Origin: an uncultured delta proteobacterium
Lineage (GTDB): Bacteria; Myxococcota_A; UBA9160; SZUA-336
NCBI GenBank assembly: GCA_963704165.1
Contig: CAVPHD010000002.1
Coordinates: forward strand, 32,001 to 96,000
DNA length: 64,000 nucleotides
Reading direction: 5' to 3'
Positions within the stretch are counted from its first letter, which is position 1, and each line of letters starts with the position of its first letter. Both the position numbers and the translations under genes were made by a program. The notes under the pieces were generated by a model, which worked only from the letters and a program-made list of their open reading frames with translations, did not search any database and was not told the origin of the DNA. Below, one piece after another: positions 11,201 to 19,750 of the stretch.

Positions 11201-11383
11201 TTCCTCCATGGTCTCGGGTCCGGCGCCCTCGAGCGAGGCGATCACGGTGACGACGGGGAATTCCATGTTCGGCATCTGGTCGACGCCGAGCTCGTAGTAT
11301 CCGAGCACGCCGAAGACGACCATCGACAGCGTCATCATCAGCGTCAGGACGGGACGGCGGATGGAGATGTCGGACAGGGTCAC
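8273..11383 (-). CDS. RND efflux permease (AcrB/AcrD/AcrF family)
   Basis: 1036 aa; SIRRPV start, GVVIDDAIIVLENI, VLAAQFES, GLVTKNSILLVDY, RMRPVLMT. Confidence 0.95.
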   Translation of the reverse strand: MTLSDISIRRPVLTLMMTLSMVVFGVLGYYELGVDQMPNMEFPVVTVIASLEGAGPETMEEDVTEVLEEHLNTIGGLRSLKSTTFHGVTMITAEFELERDIDQAAQDVRDKVARARRELPAELEPPIVDKLNMSSRPIVWLPINSDRSQVEVTDYLKFTVKPYLETINGVASTELFGKRERAIRIWIDGEALRARGLSMMDVIQAVQREHIEVPGGRVEGHTLEYSLKTEAEFQTVEELAGLVVANVAGTTIRLRDVARVEDGAEDPRFLARFNGGTGAGIGILKQSRANTVQIATATHDRVDELRPYLPEGMTFPDRDSVIDFSVAIRESVAETQFALVFGAFLATLTVLVFLRRVRPTLVIGTSIPLSLITAFGAMWILGFTINTMTLLALALAVGVVIDDAIIVLENIERRRELGESPYEAASKGVSQIAFAATAATLSIAVVFLPVAFVRGIVGLFLKEFGLTVAASVIFSLFVALTLIPMLAARMPPPAVHSHGGFYHRLEIAFTWLETTYKRVLNWALVHRAAVLGIALASFIAALALGSRLGAEFFPPSDEGRLFVMMETPPGTSLEGTLERVKQAEQWMLAQPEIRGLFAGVGVSGPDGPGNVTNGVMVAILHPRSERKRDAMQLMREARESLSTIPGVDIRVFDMSSMMTGGGRGELEFAIRGNLEIGELDKLSSQFMARLREYPGFVDVSKSLKVGLPEVRVIPDREKCAALGVDARTLSQIVQAGIGGLDIAKFKSGGHRYDVRVRLEEAFRSDPEAIGELFVRTKDGGVVELRNIARVETGAAPSTISRDQRQRSVVVSANLEGLPAGTAISIVNQIGTELLPEGATLRFGGSAEAFLESLQEFGLAIGLAILIIYMVLAAQFESLVHPLTVMLALPLAMVGALGGLWVMGMTINLFSVIGIILLMGLVTKNSILLVDYANELRSEGMDKLEAMRAAAPVRMRPVLMTAISMIFGVLPAAIGFGPGSETRGPMAVATGAGMFSSMLLTLLVVPVFYVTLDDALEWVRGKLRREKPASAPIVQAP

Positions 11384-12522
11384 TGCGGGATCTCCTCCGG
11401 CGGAGCCGCCTCGGGCCGCGAGGATGCGACGGCAGGTGTGCCGTCGGGATTTCGAGCGGTGATGGCGGCGCCGTCGATCAAGGCGGAGTGCCCGCGGATC
11501 ACGACGGTGTCGCCCGCGGACAGCCCCGAGAGGACTTCGGCCTCGCCGGCCTTGATCCGACCGATCTGGAGCACGCGTCGCTCGACGCGGCTTCCCCCAT
11601 CGACGGTGCGAAACGCGATCGCGCCATCGGCGCGCTGCAGGACGGCCTCTTCGGGAATCAAGACGACGTTCTCGTGCCTCGCGATGCCGAGGTCGGCGCG
11701 CGCGAAGAGTCCCGGTCGCAGACGGTGGTCCGGGTTGGGCAGCACTCCCTTCACGCGCAGCGTGCGCGTCCGCTCATCGACGATCGGCGAGATCATCGAG
11801 ATCGTCGCGTGGAACTCCTCGTCGGGGTAGGGAGCGACCGTGACCGCGAGCGGCAGCCCGAGCGCGAGCCGGCTCGCGTCCGCTTCGGGAAGGGTGAACT
11901 CGACCTCGACCGGATCCAGCGCCACCAGCTCGAAGAGCTTCTGCCCGGGCTGCACGAACTCGCCGCGCGAGACGAAGCGGCGGCCGATCACGCCCGCGAA
12001 ACGTGTTCTCACGCGCGAGTCGGCCGTGGCGCGTTCCGCGGCGCCGAGATCCGCCTTCGCCGCGAGCAGGCGCGACCTCGAGGCCTCGAGATTCGTGCGC
12101 GCCTGATCCTGCTGCGCGCGCGAGGCGATGTCCTTCGCCGCGAGTTCCTGGATCCGCTTGTGCTGGCGTTCGGCCTCGGCAAGCGCCGACGAGGCCTCGG
12201 CCGCGCGCGCTCGTGCGCGGTCGAGATCGATCTTGCGCCGGTCCGGATCGATCTCCATCACGACCGTGTCGTCGGCGACCGTCATGCCCTCGTCGACGAG
12301 GATTCGCGTGATCTCCCCACCCACCTGCGCGGCGACGTCGGCGCGCTGCTTCGCGAGGAGTTGCCCGGTCGCCGCCACGTGCTCCTCCACGTCGCGCACC
12401 GAGACGGGCACGAGCACGACGGGATTCAGGGGCTTCTCCTCGACGGCCGTCTCGCGGCCGCACGCCGCTGCAAATCCCAGCAGCAGCAGACCCAGTCCGG
12501 CAGCCTGAACACACCGCATCAT
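11380..12522 (-). CDS. RND efflux periplasmic adaptor (membrane fusion protein), lipoprotein
   Basis: Lipobox FAAAC; helical hairpin, ISPIVDERTRT, LRPGLFAR; ATGA coupling at both ends. Confidence 0.92.
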   Translation of the reverse strand: MMRCVQAAGLGLLLLGFAAACGRETAVEEKPLNPVVLVPVSVRDVEEHVAATGQLLAKQRADVAAQVGGEITRILVDEGMTVADDTVVMEIDPDRRKIDLDRARARAAEASSALAEAERQHKRIQELAAKDIASRAQQDQARTNLEASRSRLLAAKADLGAAERATADSRVRTRFAGVIGRRFVSRGEFVQPGQKLFELVALDPVEVEFTLPEADASRLALGLPLAVTVAPYPDEEFHATISMISPIVDERTRTLRVKGVLPNPDHRLRPGLFARADLGIARHENVVLIPEEAVLQRADGAIAFRTVDGGSRVERRVLQIGRIKAGEAEVLSGLSAGDTVVIRGHSALIDGAAITARNPDGTPAVASSRPEAAPPEEIPQ

Positions 12523-13125
12523 GATGTTCCGCACTCCTTGGCGAGCAGCCCGCGCTCGATCACGTCGAGCGCTTGTTCGACCAGATTCTTCGACCACGCG
12601 TATCCCGGGCGACTGATCCGCAGCGATACGATGCCGTGGAGGACCACCCAGGTGAGTTGGAAGGCCGTCTCGAGATCGCGCGTGCGCAGCGCTCCGGCTG
12701 CGGCGACCTCGGAGAGCGCGCCGAAGACCAGCTCGCGCGCGGCCTCGGCCGAGGGCAGGAGGTCGTCGGGCTCGAGTCGTGGCGCCACGAGCAGCGCGTA
12801 GTGGGTCGGGTTCTCGATTCCGAATTCGACGAAGGCACGCGCGAGCGCGCGCAAGTACTGCTTCGGGTTCTCGCGCCGGCGCACCCGCTTCAAGCGCGCG
12901 AGAAGCTCGGCAAAGCGCTCTTCGAGCAGCGCGTCGATCAGCCCGGTCTTGTCGCGGAAATGGTGGTAGATCGTCGGCGCCTTGAACCCGCATCGATCCG
13001 AGACGCGCCGGATCGAAAGCTGATCGGGGCCGCCTTCGATCAGGAGCGCCGTGGTCGCCTCGAGAATCGCGCGTCGGGAAGCCTCGCCGCGCTTGCGGTT
13101 CCTCGATTTCGGGGGGGTCGATCAT
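12519..13125 (-). CDS. TetR family regulator, frameshifted near its start
   Basis: HTH SRRAILEATTALL...LSIRRVSDRCGFKAPTIYHHFRDK and a WHG-like C-terminus (WVVLHGIV). ATG 13125 is in frame only if the G7 run at 13111-13117 is G6. Confidence 0.85.
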
Positions 13126-13137
13126 CGTCGCCAACCT

Positions 13138-13166
13138 CTGTAACGGTGTTACAGCTAACGGCGTTA
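13138..13166. promoter_or_regulatory. Tandem palindromic operator, probably for the adjacent TetR
   Basis: CTGTAAC-ggt-GTTACAG (13138-13154) and TAAC-ggc-GTTA (13156-13166) lie between divergent genes. Confidence 0.65.
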
Positions 13167-13231
13167 TAGCAAATCCGAAGCGGCAAGTGCGAGCCCGGTC
13201 GGCGTTCGGGACCCGTGATAGGAAGGAGTCG

Positions 13232-14266
13232 ATGGCGCGAAAACGGGTCGTGGTGATCGCGGGAGAGGACGCGGCCCCGGAGGCCATGAACCCGAGCGTC
13301 GAGCTTCTCGCAGGACTCGGGATCGCGATCGACTGGCACCGGCCCGAACCCGGTGGCGAGCGCGAAGCCATCGACGCGTCCGATGCGACCTGGTTCGGCG
13401 CAACCAGCGGCGCGAGCGCCCGCGCGCTCTTCCATCTGCGCTGGGGAAGGCAAACCTACGCGAACGTTCGGCCGGTGCGGTACCTGCCGGGGGCCGGGAG
13501 TCCGCTCGCCCGTCCCGACGGGATCGACCTCGCGATCGTGCGCGAGAACCTCGAGGATCTGTACGTCGGCGTGGAAGGTGACCTCGACGAGCTTCGGTCC
13601 TTGGGCTGGCGGAGTCGAACGAGCGGCCGACCGATCGCCGAGCTCGCGCCGGGTCGATTCGCGCTGAAGGTGATCAGCCGGCGCGGGAGTGAACGAATCG
13701 CGCGCTTCGCGTTCGAGCTCGCGCGGCGACGGCGCGCGCGGGGGCATCCGGGCCGGGTCACCTGCGGCACCAAACACAACATGCTCGCGCAGACCGACGG
13801 CCTCTTTCGCGATACCGCGGCACGTGTCGCGAGCGAGTACCCGGACGTGGGGTTCGAGGTGCGCATCGTCGATGACCTGGCGCATCGCCTGGTCGCGCGC
13901 CCGCAGGAGCTCGATGTCGTGCTCCTGCCCAACCTCTACGGCGACATCCTCTCCGACGCCGCGGCTGCGCTGGTCGGCGGGCTCGGACTCGCGCCGAGCG
14001 GCTGCTACGGGGAGGACTACGCCTACTTCGAGCCCGCGCACGGCACGGCTCCCGACATCGCTGGCCGGAACGTCATCAACCCGACGGCGACCCTGCTCTC
14101 GGGTGCGCTGCTGCTCGAGTACCTCGGCTTCGCGGCCGAGGCGCGGCGGGTCGAACTCGCCGTGGCGGCGACCTATGCCGCGCGACGTGAACTCACGCCC
14201 GACCAGGGCGGAAGCTCGAGCACTTCGGACTTCTGTGCGGCTATCTCGCGGCGGTTGAGGGACTAG
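13232..14266 (+). CDS. Isocitrate/isopropylmalate dehydrogenase family protein
   Basis: AAGGAG RBS; YANVRP, VRENLEDLY, NLYGDILSD, FEPAHGTAPDIAG, NPTA. Confidence 0.9.
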   Translation: MARKRVVVIAGEDAAPEAMNPSVELLAGLGIAIDWHRPEPGGEREAIDASDATWFGATSGASARALFHLRWGRQTYANVRPVRYLPGAGSPLARPDGIDLAIVRENLEDLYVGVEGDLDELRSLGWRSRTSGRPIAELAPGRFALKVISRRGSERIARFAFELARRRRARGHPGRVTCGTKHNMLAQTDGLFRDTAARVASEYPDVGFEVRIVDDLAHRLVARPQELDVVLLPNLYGDILSDAAAALVGGLGLAPSGCYGEDYAYFEPAHGTAPDIAGRNVINPTATLLSGALLLEYLGFAAEARRVELAVAATYAARRELTPDQGGSSSTSDFCAAISRRLRD

Positions 14267-15615
14267 CGACCCTTGTTGAGCCGTCCGATGTCGATGTAGC
14301 GGCGGATCTTGCCCTTGCTGCTGAACGGCGATCCCTCGCTGTTCCAGAACTCGATCCGATTCCCGGTGCCGGTCTGCACGTTCACGATGATGTCCGAGAT
14401 GATCCGGTTGTCCTTCGGATCGGGCACGTCGTCCCATCCCGGGTACCAGACGCCGTCGGACGATTTCGGATCCTTGTTCTTCACGCCGTCCCAGTCGCTC
14501 GAGTAGCGGTGGTTGTGCCAGATGATCTTCCAGAGCTCCTTCTTCCGGTCGTACGCGAAGCTGTACAGCGGTTCGAAGGTCTCCTTGTCGACGTAGATGT
14601 CCTTGTGGTGGTACGGGTGATCCTCGTTGCGCGGATCGAAGCGGATGACCCAGGCGTTGCGGACCTCCCAGCGGTCGCTGGCGAACGAGAAGCCGTACGG
14701 GCCGAAGTTGTACGAATCGGTGTAGGGGTAGGCGAGCGTGCTTCGTGTTCATCGGCGCGATCACTGTCGCTTCGCCGAGGCATTCCCACTGGTACTGGGG
14801 CGGGATGCCGGCGAAGCTCCGCAGGTCGTCCATGGTGAAGTCGGTGCCCTGAACCGAGTCGGTCCGTTGCGCCGACGAGATCCGCCGCACGCGGCGCAAG
14901 TCGGGCACGTACACCCAGGTGTCGTCGTTCTTCGCCTGCTTGAGCGGGCCCGTCCGCGGTCCGGTAGCGGTAGGTCAGGAGCAGGATGCCGCGCGCGTCG
15001 AACGGCGCGTCGACCTCGATCCCGAAGACGGAATTGCGCTTCTCGTTCGGGAAGACGTCGCCGTCGTTCTCGTTCTGGTAGTTGCGCTCGACCCGGTTCA
15101 CGAGGCTGATCACCTTGGCCGTGCCTTCGTAGTAGAGCGGCAGCTGCTCGCCTCGGTCCCAGTACGTGTACGACCAGGTCGAGCGCGCGCCGTCGCCGTT
15201 CCAGGCCTTGACGAAGTTCCAGATGATCTTGACGCCTGCGTTCGGATCGCCCTTGCAGTCCAGCGGATTCGGATGCGAACGGCAACCCGGCTCCGAAGTT
15301 CAACAGCCCGCCGTCGTCACCGATCTTGGCCTGCCCCTTGTACTTCTCGCTCATCGCGACGTAGGCGTCCGCCGCGCCGTACTTGCGCATGGTCGGGCCG
15401 ATCTCGAGCTGCATGCCCTCGTAGAAGAAGAACTCGCGATTGGTCCAGAACTCGGGAGGCAGGAAATCCTTCAGCTTGTCGAGCTGATCGAACGAGATCG
15501 TGTCGCCTTCCTTGAAGGGTGTGACCGGCAGGACGTCCTGGGCCTGCTTCTCCTGCGCCGGAGCGGCGGCGGGCAGTGCCACGAGGATTGCCAGAGCGAG
15601 AACTCCAAGCCGCAT
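14263..15615 (-). CDS. DUF1329 family exported protein, three frameshifts
   Basis: GGAGG RBS and signal peptide; AGLPF, WVYVPDLRRVRR, HPYHHKDIYVDKET, YDRKKELWK. The reading frame switches near 15273, 14948 and 14740. Confidence 0.8.
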
Positions 15616-15707
15616 CGAGGACCTCCAAGGTTTTGGCCCGCGGAGCGGGGCGTCCTGTCGCATCATAGACCCGCGCAGCACCCGGCGGATAGAGCAATTT
15701 CGAGCCG

Positions 15708-16718
15708 TTACGGCGCGGCAATCCAGTCGATTTCGGCGATGTAGAGGTCGACGGGGGTCCGGTAGACGAGCTCCGCCTCGCCGCGCCCGAGATCGACTCG
15801 GTGAAGCTCGCGCGGCAAGTCGAGATCGGAGCTCTGCGAATGATCGCGGACCAGGACGAGCGCCGCGTCGGGTCCCTGGCCCCGGGCATCCACGACCCGC
15901 TTGTCGGCGTCGGGTCGCCAGGTCGGTGTGCAGCCCGAGCCGGCCGGGTCGCAGCGCACGAGTCCCCGTCGCTGACGCGCATGGATTCCGCGTGCGCTCC
16001 AGAAGAGCGGCAGCGTACCTCCGGGCACGAGCGCCTCGCCCGGATCGCCGTCGCGCAGCGGCGTGAGGGGCCCGCTGAGATCGCTCGCGACGCGAAACAG
16101 ACGCGGCCACGAGACGGTCTGGCCCGCGATCGAGAGGGCGGTTTCCGAGTCCGCGCCGTCGGGATCGGGAATCGTCTGCAGGATCACGATGGATGCACCG
16201 TCGGGACTCCAACGCGGACGATCGAGTGGCTGGTTTCGCCCCGCGACGGGCCTCGATCTCGGCCCGTCGAGCGCGAGCACGAGCAAGTCGCTCTCGCCCT
16301 GATCGTCGACTTCGAGACCGAGGGCGATGCGTTCACCGCTCGGGTCGGGCTCGACGTCGAAGTAACGCGCGGGCTCCGCGATCCGCGTCGCGCGTCCCGA
16401 CGACACATCGACCCGAAGCAGTTCCGTGCGCGGCAATCCGTACGGCTCGTCGGCAGCGACCTCGCGGCTCACCAGAAGCTCGTGCGGAGAGAGCCAGCGC
16501 GCGAAACGCGGGCCTTCGATCGGAAGCGCCCGCGCGCCGTCCGCGTCGTGGACCACGATCGCGCGAGGGACCTCGGGATCCGCCGGCTCGAAGATCAGAA
16601 CCAACCGTCCGGGTCCGCGGAATCCCGCGTCGTAGCGTTCGGTCGGTGCGCGCGAAGGGCAGGCGAGTGCGAGTACGACGGCGAGGGAGGCGAGAAGCCT
16701 GCGGGCTCGATCGCGCAC
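15708..16718 (-). CDS. TolB-like beta-propeller lipoprotein
   Basis: Lipobox LALAC; PD40-like repeats PRWSPDG, EPDPSGERIA, RWLSPHEL. Confidence 0.65.
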   Translation of the reverse strand: MRDRARRLLASLAVVLALACPSRAPTERYDAGFRGPGRLVLIFEPADPEVPRAIVVHDADGARALPIEGPRFARWLSPHELLVSREVAADEPYGLPRTELLRVDVSSGRATRIAEPARYFDVEPDPSGERIALGLEVDDQGESDLLVLALDGPRSRPVAGRNQPLDRPRWSPDGASIVILQTIPDPDGADSETALSIAGQTVSWPRLFRVASDLSGPLTPLRDGDPGEALVPGGTLPLFWSARGIHARQRRGLVRCDPAGSGCTPTWRPDADKRVVDARGQGPDAALVLVRDHSQSSDLDLPRELHRVDLGRGEAELVYRTPVDLYIAEIDWIAAP

Positions 16719-16755
16719 GCTCGCTCTCCTTCACGCGGGCGCGCAGTATACCCCC

Positions 16756-18322
16756 GTGCTGAACGCGAACCCGGGTCGGAACCTGCTTCAGGCCGCGGCC
16801 TTCTTCGCGCTGGTCTTCGCGCTCCACGCACGTGCCTTGCCCGGACCGTTCGTGTTCGACGATCAGACCGCGATCGTCGGGAACGAAAGCCTGCACAGGC
16901 TGTGGCCGCTCGGGCCCGTGCTCGCGCAGCCACCCGATCTCACCACGTCCGGCCGACCCGTCGTCGCGGCGAGCTTTGCGATCGACTACGCGCTCGCCGG
17001 CCTCGACCCGCGGGTGTTCCGCGCCACGAACTTCGCGATCCACGCGCTCTGCGCGATCCTGCTCGCGGCCGTCGTCCGCCGCACGTTGTCGGGGCCCCGA
17101 CTCGCCGATCGCTTCTCGTCGCATGCCCGCGAGATCGCGGCCGGCGCGGCGCTGCTCTTTCTCGTTCACCCGCTCGCGAGCGAGGTCGTCTGCTACGCGA
17201 GCGCGCGCACCGAATCCATCGTGGCGTTCTTCTACCTCTCGACGCTCTACGCGTCGATCCGCGCGCGTTCGTCGGCGCGCCCGTGGGTCTGGGTTGCGGT
17301 CGCCATCGCGAGTTCGACGCTGGGCATGGCGAGCAAGGAAGTGATGGTCAGCGCGCCGGTGGTGGTCGCGTTGCACGATGTCGTCTTTCTCGGAGACGTG
17401 GACGCGCGCGCGCGGCGAGTGCGGCTCGCGCTTTGGCTGGGACTCGCCGCGACCTGGGGCGTGCTCGCCTTCTTGATGATCGCACAGCCGCGGTCGGACT
17501 CGGCCGGCTTCGCGCTCTGGGTGACGCCGCTTCTCTACCTGGCGAATCAGTGCGACGTGCTGCTCTCGTACCTTCGATTGGTGGTCTGGCCGGATCCGCT
17601 GCGCTTCGACTACGGTCTGCCCCAGCCGTTGACGCTCGGCGACGTTCGCACGGGCGCGGCGTCGCTGACGGGGCTCTTTCTGCTTTCGCTCTACGCACTC
17701 CGGCGCTGGCCGGCCGCGGGATTCATCGGTGTCGCGTGCTTTGCGATCCTCTCGCCGTCGTCGAGCTTCATCCCGATCGCATCCGAGGTCGGAGCCGAAC
17801 GCCGGATGTACCTTCCGCTCGCCGCGCTCTCCGTCCTGCTCGTCTGCCTGCTCTGGCTCGGCGTCGCGCGCGCAGGACGGGTCGTGGCGATTCGTTTCAT
17901 CGTCGGGATCGCCGCGCTCGCGCTCTCGGCCGTGAGCGTGGCTCGTGCGGCGGACTACGCCAACGAGATCCGGCTCTGGCGGGCCGACGTCGTGATCGCG
18001 CCCGGAAACGCACGCGCTCGCTACAACCTGTCGGGTGCTCTGCGCCGCGCCGGCCTGGAAGACGAGGCGAAGCAGGAACGGGCAGCGGCGGTGCGCGGCG
18101 AGGTCGACTTCTACTCTCGCATCCTGCCCCTCCAGCCCGATCGCGGCGCGCGCGCTCGGGGACCTGGCGGCGATCCACGTGGTGGCGGGTGAGCTCGTGC
18201 GAGCGGAGGAGCTCTACGGCGAACTCCTCGAGCTCGATCCCTCGGACGAAACCGCGCTGCGAATGCGCGCCCGTCTGCGCGCGCACCTCGAATCACTCGG
18301 CATCGAAGCGCCGCCACACTGA
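16756..18322 (+). CDS. TMTC-like GT-C membrane glycosyltransferase with a C-terminal TPR region, one frameshift
   Basis: FVFDD, RPV, FLVHPLASEVV..ARTE, SKE, AERRMYLP, LW..PGNARARYNL. The TPR tail continues in another frame from about 18145 to TGA 18322. Confidence 0.75.
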
Positions 18323-18351
18323 CTCGCGCCGGTCTGGACACGGCATGTAGG

Positions 18352-18816
18352 ATGAACGCCATGATGGACGCTGAATCCCGACTTCGAGCGGAGATCGACA
18401 TCCGCACCCTCGTCTCGCGCTACTCCGATGCTGTCGTGCGGCGCGATCGGGTGGCCTGGGTCGATACCTGGGCGGTGGGCGGCGTGTGGCGACTCCTCGG
18501 CATGGAAGCGAAGGGACGCGAGGCCATCGGCGCGCTCTGGGAGAGATTGATCTCGGTCTACGCCGAGATCGTGCAGATACCGAACTCGGCGATCCTCGAG
18601 ATCGACGGCACACGCGCGACGGGCCGCTGGTACATCAGCGAGTTCGGCAAGCTCGCGAACGGCTCGTCGATGATGACGATCGGCGTCTACCACGACGAGT
18701 ACACGCGCGCAGACGGTTCGTGGCTCTTCGCGAGCCGCCGCTTCGACGCACTGTACGGAAGTCCCGAGGATCTCGCGGGAACGTTCCTTCCATTTCCGAA
18801 GGAGTTCGACCGGTGA
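18352..18816 (+). CDS. SnoaL/NTF2-like fold protein
   Basis: IRTLVSRYSDAV...D, GREAI, IDGTRATGRWY, GVYHDEY...WLFASR. Confidence 0.85.
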   Translation: MNAMMDAESRLRAEIDIRTLVSRYSDAVVRRDRVAWVDTWAVGGVWRLLGMEAKGREAIGALWERLISVYAEIVQIPNSAILEIDGTRATGRWYISEFGKLANGSSMMTIGVYHDEYTRADGSWLFASRRFDALYGSPEDLAGTFLPFPKEFDR

Positions 18817-19148
18817 TCATCATCGCGGGTACGGTCGACGTCGATCCCGCACAGCGTGAGGCCGCGCTCGCGGCGGGGCGTCCGCATCTGCGGGCGACGC
18901 GCGCGCAGAAGGGCTGTCTGCACTACACCTGGGCCGCGGATGAGCTGGTCGCGGGTCGCATCTACGTGTATGAGCTCTGGGAGAGCGCGGCCGACCTGGA
19001 GCGGCACTTCGCCGGGCCGCATTACCTGGCCATGCGCAACACGATCGGCGCGCATGGGCTGCGCGGCGCGGACGTGCTGAAGTACGAAGTCGGCCGATCC
19101 GGCCCCGTCTACGACGCGCGGATGAAGCCGCGCGCCGACTTCTTCTAG
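18813..19148 (+). CDS. Antibiotic biosynthesis monooxygenase (ABM) family protein
   Basis: TRAQKGCLHY, YELWESAADLERHFAGPH; GTGA overlap with the upstream gene. Confidence 0.8.
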   Translation: MIIIAGTVDVDPAQREAALAAGRPHLRATRAQKGCLHYTWAADELVAGRIYVYELWESAADLERHFAGPHYLAMRNTIGAHGLRGADVLKYEVGRSGPVYDARMKPRADFF

Positions 19149-19699
19149 GGCGCGGGCGTCTTCGCGGGGCGCGCGAACTGCGCGAGCAGCTCGTCGACTA
19201 TCGGCCCGATCTTCGACTCGGTGCTGCGCCACTTGAAGGGCGAGAGGCTCGGGCGCGAGAGGTAGGTCGCCTCGCCGATCGTCTCGCCGCGGTAGCGCAC
19301 GCGCAGCTCCGCGTAGCCCAGAACGGGACGAATGTCCCAACGACGCCGGGCCGCGTACCAGAGCGTGTAGTCGCACCCGGCCTCGCTGGGCGCATCGACG
19401 ACACGCGCATCGATCCCGCTCCGCGCGACACCCCGTTCGACGACGGCCAGGAAGTCCTCGATGACGACGTCGGGATTTCGCTCGATGCAGAGCTGCTCGA
19501 TCGGGTACCCCCGCGAGGGCACCGGGCTCACCTCGACGGTCGTGCACGCCGCGGCGTTCGCGAGCGCACCGGCAAGGAGAATCGCGCGGAAACGCCTCGA
19601 CGAACCGGATCCCGCTCGATTGGGCAGTTCGCCACAGTTGCGACTCCGGGGCGCAGGAACGCGATTGAAATACGCGGTATCATGCGCGGCGTGGGGCAT
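19145..19699 (-). CDS. Sbal_3080-like lipoprotein; start uncertain
   Basis: Lipobox NAAAC; CIERNPDV, CDYTLWYAARRRWD, KW..TESKIGPIVDELL. The nearest in-frame ATG is 19699; the true start may lie further downstream. Confidence 0.65.
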   Translation of the reverse strand: MPHAAHDTAYFNRVPAPRSRNCGELPNRAGSGSSRRFRAILLAGALANAAACTTVEVSPVPSRGYPIEQLCIERNPDVVIEDFLAVVERGVARSGIDARVVDAPSEAGCDYTLWYAARRRWDIRPVLGYAELRVRYRGETIGEATYLSRPSLSPFKWRSTESKIGPIVDELLAQFARPAKTPAP

Positions 19700-19750
19700 A
19701 TCGCTTGCATCGCGGAAACCGGGGTCCATTCGAAGGAGCGTAGCTGAGAC

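Noticed and set aside
8744..11830. Long antisense and alternate-frame ORFs, such as 8744..11830, 100..1833 and 15801..18350
   Set aside because: Shadow ORFs of real genes in GC-rich DNA, Arg/Ala/Pro-rich or antisense-like, with no recognisable motifs
11380..13371. Apparent long fusions in the ORF track (11380..13371, 2249..4324, 41600..43666, 47664..49985, 59885..62827)
   Set aside because: The extensions are off-frame readings of neighbouring genes; real starts are supported by RBS or stop-start overlaps
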